The notes under the pieces were generated by a model. It worked only from the letters and a program-made list of their open reading frames with translations, was not told where the DNA came from and made no database searches. The position numbers and the translations under genes were made by a program. This document shows positions 59,582 through 64,000 of a stretch of DNA of 64,000 nucleotides, piece after piece (the stretch's first letter is position 1; every line of letters begins with the position of its first letter). The DNA is taken from contig OY761158.1 of NCBI GenBank assembly GCA_963664405.1, positions 4,352,001 to 4,416,000 of the forward strand, written 5' to 3'. The stretch is from Thermoanaerobaculia bacterium. Its GTDB lineage: Bacteria; Acidobacteriota; Thermoanaerobaculia; Multivoradales; Multivoraceae.

Positions 59582-59707
59582 TACCTTGATGGCGACATCC
59601 CGCTCCAGGCGTGTGTCACGACCCAGGTACACCTCTCCCATGCCGCCCTTGCCGCGCAGCTCGACGATCTCGTAGGGACCGAGGCGTGTGCCAGCTCCTA
59701 GAGCCAT
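59582..59707 (-). pseudogene. N-terminal 42-codon remnant of a eukaryotic-like Ser/Thr protein kinase
   Basis: MALGAGTRLGPYEI....GKGGMGEVY...DTRLERDVAIKV, then loss of similarity. Confidence 0.88.
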
Positions 59708-59839
59708 GACTTGGCGACATCTTACCCGTCGCCCGACGGGATCAGCGGGGCTCGATCTAACGTGTCGCGAAGGACCACAAACTACGACAGCGATCTCCGC
59801 TAGCCCCCGTAGTTATTGCACTCTTGGGCCGCCCCGGGG

Positions 59840-59868
59840 AGATTTTGCGACACCGTGTCGCAAAATCT
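59840..59868. promoter_or_regulatory. Perfect 29-bp palindrome, possible operator
   Basis: AGATTTTGCGACAC-C-GTGTCGCAAAATCT. Confidence 0.6.
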
Positions 59869-59919
59869 GCGAAGGTGCGACACCCCCGCTTCCGACAGCG
59901 CAACAAAAGTACCCTCGTC

Positions 59920-59984
59920 ATGGCACCTTCCGCTACAGAAGGCGCCAACGCCCATGGCACCTTCCACTAGAAGACGTGACAACT
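59920..59984 (+). repeat. Palindromic ~30-bp site, cluster 2 (two tandem units)
   Basis: ATGGCACCTTCCGCTACAGAAGGCGCCAACGCCC followed by ATGGCACCTTCCACTAGAAGACGTGACAACT. Confidence 0.85.
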
Positions 59985-60126
59985 GACCGAGTCTCTGGAG
60001 TATGGTCTATCAATGCCCGGCGGGCGCTATTGAGACAAGCCGCTCTCGGCCATCGCCTCTCGCACCTGCTCGCCGGCAAAGTGAGTCGTGTCATTGAGCA
60101 ACGGTGCCGGTTCGGTGTACTCGCTA

Positions 60127-60906
60127 TCAGGTAGCAACAGAGAGTTGTAGCACCAGCTCATTCCCGTCGCCGAATGCCTCGCCCTGATAGCCGCCCCAAG
60201 TGCTCACGATCGCGAGCCCTTGGTCTCCCACCAGCTCGGCAATCTGATCTGGATACCAGCAGCGCATTGTGATTGGCATCGTGAGTTCCTCTAGTAGTTC
60301 GTCGCCGCGATACCGTCGGAAGACGAGCTCCGGGTACAGCACCAGCCTCTTCGCGTCCATTCGCGGCCGCCGATCTGAACCGACGATGCGCTCGTCTCCG
60401 ATCCATCGTTCCCACTCAACTGTCTCTTCTTCTCGAATCCATCCGGCACGCAGCGCGTCCGGGTCTTTCAAAGGCTTGAACATCGTCAATACACAGGAGC
60501 CGGAAGGCTTCATGTGTTGGCGCAGGCAGCGAAAGAAGCCTGCCACCTGCTCGTCCGTCTCCAGAGCCTGGAATACTCGGTACGGCGCCAGGACAAGATC
60601 GAACGTGCGGCCGAGGTCGAAATCCGTAATGTCGGCCTCAATCAGACTGATTCTGCGCTGAACGTCACCTGGTAGGCGGCGGACCTTTCCCTCTGCAATG
60701 TCAAGCATGGCCCGCGAGAGGTCGATACCGACGGCTGAGCCACACAGCTCCGCCAACTCGAGGATCACCCGACCGGTCCCACAGCCGAGCTCCAACAGGG
60801 AGGTTCCTCGGGAAGTGATGAGATCTCGGTAGAAGGGGACGTCTTCGTCGAAATCCTGAAGATCATAGAACTTCGCGGCGCCGCTGCGTTGGTCAACTGT
60901 CTTCAT
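60127..60906 (-). CDS. Class I SAM-dependent methyltransferase
   Basis: AKFYD....EDVPFY, LELGCGTGR, GIDLS..ML, FDLVLAPY. Confidence 0.9.
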   Translation of the reverse strand: MKTVDQRSGAAKFYDLQDFDEDVPFYRDLITSRGTSLLELGCGTGRVILELAELCGSAVGIDLSRAMLDIAEGKVRRLPGDVQRRISLIEADITDFDLGRTFDLVLAPYRVFQALETDEQVAGFFRCLRQHMKPSGSCVLTMFKPLKDPDALRAGWIREEETVEWERWIGDERIVGSDRRPRMDAKRLVLYPELVFRRYRGDELLEELTMPITMRCWYPDQIAELVGDQGLAIVSTWGGYQGEAFGDGNELVLQLSVAT

Positions 60907-60951
60907 TGAGTTCTCACGATTGTATGCACGACGGCTCTACGATGCGCTGGG

Positions 60952-60982
60952 CTGTCGTCTTCCACTACAAGACGTGCCAACT
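60952..60982 (+). repeat. Palindromic ~30-bp site, cluster 3
   Basis: CTGTCGTCTTCCACTACAAGACGTGCCAACT; the last 24 nt match 59961-59984 at 22 positions. Confidence 0.8.
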
Positions 60983-61089
60983 CAGCGTTTCGCCGGAGAG
61001 CCCACTAAAACCAACGCGTGAGAAATCTGACCAACAAGCTCACCCCAGATAGCGAGGGAAGAAGAGCCGTGGCGATCAGAATCATGCCC

Positions 61090-61998
61090 TCACGAGCAAG
61101 AGGTCAACGGAAGGTAGCGACGTATCCGCTCAAGTCCACTACTCACTCGCTTCGGGTGGTTGTCCAGGTAGCCGTAGTGGACCTCGCCGACGGCGATCAT
61201 GATGGCCTTGTGTTCAAGCCAGCGCCACTCGTCATCATCCGGTTCCGCGCCATAGGTCCAAAAGGCACGCGCCGCGCACTCACGACCGCCCGCGTAAAAG
61301 AGACCTCCGAAGTCGGCACTTCGGATGGTGGTGCAGGCATCGGCCCAGTCGATGATGCCGGCCAGGGCGCTCGTTGCCGGGTCCACGAGGATGTGGTCTG
61401 CTAGCAGATCTGCATGCGCCAGCACAAGCGGCACTTCTGGTTCCGGCGGCAAGGGGTCCTGGAGGTAAGCGTCGAGCCGCCTGCGGAGCGTGGCAGAGTA
61501 CGCATCGGCGGAATGACGGAATTCGCGCAACGCCCACTGGCTGTAGTCCTGTCCTGCCCAGGGGCTCGGGACCTCAGTTGCGATGCGCGCCCGGTGCAGG
61601 ACGGCTAGAAACTCACCGACTTCTGCTGCGACGTCGTTGAGGATGGCGGCATCACTAATGTCAGTGAGGGGCGTGCCGCTCAGGTATCTGTAGGCTGCGA
61701 AGTGCCACGGAAATTCCGCGAGCGGGGAGCTGAAGTACTCGAACCCTGGCACCGGGACGGGCAGCGGCAGATTGTGCATCCGCTTGAGTATCTCCCGTTC
61801 CCGGACGAGCACGCCATCGCACTCGGCGCGCTTCGGAAATCGTAGGACCCATTCGCCGTCGGCGAGGTAGCTGATGTAGTCGAACCCCTCGGCCAGTTTC
61901 TCGACGTCTGCGCAGCGTATACCGAAGGCGCGGCGCGCGAGCGCCCCGGCACGGTTGGGCTCCAGTTGGAGCTCCGCCGCCCACGGGAAGTGGGTCAT
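61090..61998 (-). CDS. Aminoglycoside-phosphotransferase-like kinase
   Basis: EGFD, WVLRFP, P.PVP, FLA.LH, Brenner motif HADL...HILV, GIIDW.D. Confidence 0.88.
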   Translation of the reverse strand: MTHFPWAAELQLEPNRAGALARRAFGIRCADVEKLAEGFDYISYLADGEWVLRFPKRAECDGVLVREREILKRMHNLPLPVPVPGFEYFSSPLAEFPWHFAAYRYLSGTPLTDISDAAILNDVAAEVGEFLAVLHRARIATEVPSPWAGQDYSQWALREFRHSADAYSATLRRRLDAYLQDPLPPEPEVPLVLAHADLLADHILVDPATSALAGIIDWADACTTIRSADFGGLFYAGGRECAARAFWTYGAEPDDDEWRWLEHKAIMIAVGEVHYGYLDNHPKRVSSGLERIRRYLPLTSCS

Positions 61999-62500
61999 GG
62001 GTTTGCCATCCTGCCCGTTGAAGGCGCTCGGGAGATGCTGCCCGCCCGACGCCTTGTTGAAAGGGAGAGCTGAAGAGCCACTTAATTGTGATAGCGAGAC
62101 GGCGCGCCTAGCAGGCCAACGATTCTAAGAGAGTGATCACGTGTTGATGGCTGCGAGAAAGCGCATCCCGTTGGCTGCGAGCGCAGTTTCCGGGATGGAG
62201 TGAGCTGAGGGCTTCGCGACCGCGGGAAAGCTAGGCCTTCTTCAGGAAGGGCGGCATCATCCCGCCGGAACGGCGGTCCGGGTGCGTGGTCCCGGCGGCG
62301 TGTTTGCGGTCGGAAGAGATGCGTGAGTCGGTGTAGGGCTTTGCAGTGCGGGCTCTGCTCTGATAGAGCAGGCCGACCAGAGACGGCGAGAGCCCGGGAA
62401 AGCGAAGTAGAAAACGCCCCGGGCTCTGCCCCAAACCGCAGCATTAGCTGCGCTTGCAGTATGGCAGAGAGTCGGGGTCGTCGTCGAATGGGAGGCGACG

Positions 62501-62896
62501 ATGCGACCGGACTACCGACTCTTCGACTGTGCTCGATGCCGTCGGCGTATCTCGCTGTGCTCGCACTGTGACCGTGGCCAGCGTTACTGCCGGGCTTGTG
62601 CTCTGGTGGCTCGTCGGGAATCGACTCGGGCGGCCGGCCATCGGTACCAGCGAAGCCTCCGAGGTCGGCATTGTCATGCCGCCCGTCAGGCCCGCTACCG
62701 TCGGCGCCAGCGCGAGCGGGCAGAGAAAGTGACGCATCAGGGTACCCCAGGCGGTACTTCGGGGAGGACACTGTGTCGGATCGAGACTCCGAGGCGCGAA
62801 GTGCGCTACGACCCGAGGAATCCGCGATGCATGCAGTGTGGAGAGGCCTGCCGAGAGTTTGTGCGAACGAGCTTTCGTCGTTGCCGACGGAGATAG
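62501..62896 (+). CDS. Cys-rich putative zinc-finger protein of the element
   Basis: CARC...CSHCDRGQRYCRAC, ARQARYR, KVTHQG, CMQCG. Confidence 0.75.
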   Translation: MRPDYRLFDCARCRRRISLCSHCDRGQRYCRACALVARRESTRAAGHRYQRSLRGRHCHAARQARYRRRQRERAEKVTHQGTPGGTSGRTLCRIETPRREVRYDPRNPRCMQCGEACREFVRTSFRRCRRR

Positions 62897-62900
62897 GGGC

Positions 62901-64000
62901 GTGATCGACGCACAGCTGCGCGGGGAGATCCGTCGTCTGTTCCTGGTCGAGAAGTGGAAAGTCGGCACGATCGCTCGACAGCTACAGCTGCACCCCTCAA
63001 CCGTGCGCCGGGCGCTGGAGAAGTCCGGCGTGCTACCCCAGCAGCGACGAGGGAGGATGATCGATCCTTACCTGCCGTTCATCGAGCAGGTGCTCGGGAC
63101 CTACCCACGACTGCCGGCGAGCCGTCTCTACACCATGGTGGTGGAGCGCGGCTATCCAGGAGGCCCGGATCAGTTTCGCCACCTGGTGGCCTCGATGCGA
63201 CCGAAGCCCCAGCGCGAGGCGTTTCTCTCGCTGCGCATGCTGCCAGGAGAGCAGGCGCAGGTCGACTGGGGCCACTTCGGTCGGCTCCGCGTCGGCCGGG
63301 CACATCGTCGGCTCTATGCCTTCGTCTTCGTGCTGTCGTTCTCGCGCACGGTCTTCGTGCACTTCACCCTCGACACTCGTCTCGAAACCTTCTTGCACGC
63401 TCACCAGCTGGCCTTCCACTACGTCGACGGCGTCGTCAGGACCGTTCTGTACGACAACCTGCGAACCGCGGTGATCGAGCGGCAGGGAACCGCGGTGCGC
63501 TTCCATCCCGTGCTGCTCGATTTCGCCAGCCACTACGGCTTCCTTCCCACCGTCGCCGCGGTGGCTCGGGGAAATGAGAAAGGCCGCGTCGAGCGCGCAA
63601 TCCGCTTCCTGCGAAGCTCGTTCTTCGGCGCCCGAACGGTGAGCGATTTGGATCGTCTGAATCGGCAGGTCCTGGAATGGTGCCAGAGGTCGCAGCGCAG
63701 ACCCTGGCCGCAGGACCGACAGCGAACCGTGAAAAGCGCCCTGGCCCAGGAACGACCTCGACTGCTTGAGCTTCCCGGAGACGACTTCGAAACCGACCTG
63801 CGACTGGAGATCAAGGTCAGAAAGACGCCGATCGTGCGCTTCGACCTCAACGACTACTCGGTGCCGCACAGTCATGTGCAGAGGACCGTCACGCTCCTCG
63901 CCAGCGAGCATCGGGTGCGGATCCTCGATGGCCAGGAGCTCCTCGCCGAGCACCCTCGCTCGTACTCCCGGGGCGAGCAGATCCTCGATCCTCAACACCT
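62901..64000 (+). CDS. istA: IS21-family transposase IstA (3' end outside window)
   Basis: Manual translation from GTG 62901: MIDAQLRGEIRRLF...TIARQL..H.STVRRAL, PGEQAQVDWG, YDNLRTAV, NEKGRVER, FDLNDYSVP. Confidence 0.92.
   Translation, partial: MIDAQLRGEIRRLFLVEKWKVGTIARQLQLHPSTVRRALEKSGVLPQQRRGRMIDPYLPFIEQVLGTYPRLPASRLYTMVVERGYPGGPDQFRHLVASMRPKPQREAFLSLRMLPGEQAQVDWGHFGRLRVGRAHRRLYAFVFVLSFSRTVFVHFTLDTRLETFLHAHQLAFHYVDGVVRTVLYDNLRTAVIERQGTAVRFHPVLLDFASHYGFLPTVAAVARGNEKGRVERAIRFLRSSFFGARTVSDLDRLNRQVLEWCQRSQRRPWPQDRQRTVKSALAQERPRLLELPGDDFETDLRLEIKVRKTPIVRFDLNDYSVPHSHVQRTVTLLASEHRVRILDGQELLAEHPRSYSRGEQILDPQH

Larger units (their letters stand above)
47129..64000. mobile_element. Putative genomic island at the tRNA-Thr 3' end (right boundary outside window)
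   Basis: Abrupt AT-rich tract after the tRNA, then only accessory genes, transposons and gene remnants; no integrase or att duplicate seen in the window. Confidence 0.7.
62128..64000 (+). mobile_element. IS21-type element, left part (runs off window)
   Basis: End motif GAGAGTGATCACGTGTTGATGG, ~370-bp leader, Cys-rich ORF, IstA-like transposase; exact left boundary uncertain. Confidence 0.8.

Noticed and set aside
59335-60982. CRISPR array
   Set aside because: Repeats are degenerate and separated by 0, ~520 and ~970 bp; no cas genes are present.
55240-62100. Integron attC sites or an intI gene
   Set aside because: No paired RYYYAAC...GTTRRRY hairpins were found after the genes, gene orientation is mixed, and there is no integrase in the window.

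Overview
High-GC bacterial chromosome window. Gene content (futalosine-pathway mqnA/mqnC, a eukaryotic-like kinase remnant) suggests Acidobacteriota, but this is inference only. Bases 1-47128 are core housekeeping: gcvT end and gcvH, larE, queA, a histidine kinase, rplU-rpmA-obgE-nadD-rsfS, tRNA-Lys, tRNA-Leu, tig-clpP-clpX-lon-engB-rho-mqnA-mqnC-DUF362, a GGDEF protein, rsmA, ftsK, fmt, rsmB, HU, moaC, serA, rlpA, purB, rdgB, coaE, ubiE/menG, rplM-rpsI-rpsB-tsf-pyrH-frr-rlmB and tRNA-Thr. This part also carries one intact ISAzo13-type IS and several ~165-bp CTAG-bounded hairpin elements that share a core but differ in their arms. After tRNA-Thr an accessory island runs off the right edge. It holds a ~1450-aa NACHT/STAND NTPase gene with a C-terminal PD-(D/E)xK nuclease, broken by a 3555-bp four-gene transposon and a 1-bp frameshift. 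It also holds small-molecule-modifying genes separated by a recurring ~30-bp palindromic site, and an IS21-type module whose left end resembles the ends of the first transposon. All calls come from reading motifs by eye; no database search was run.
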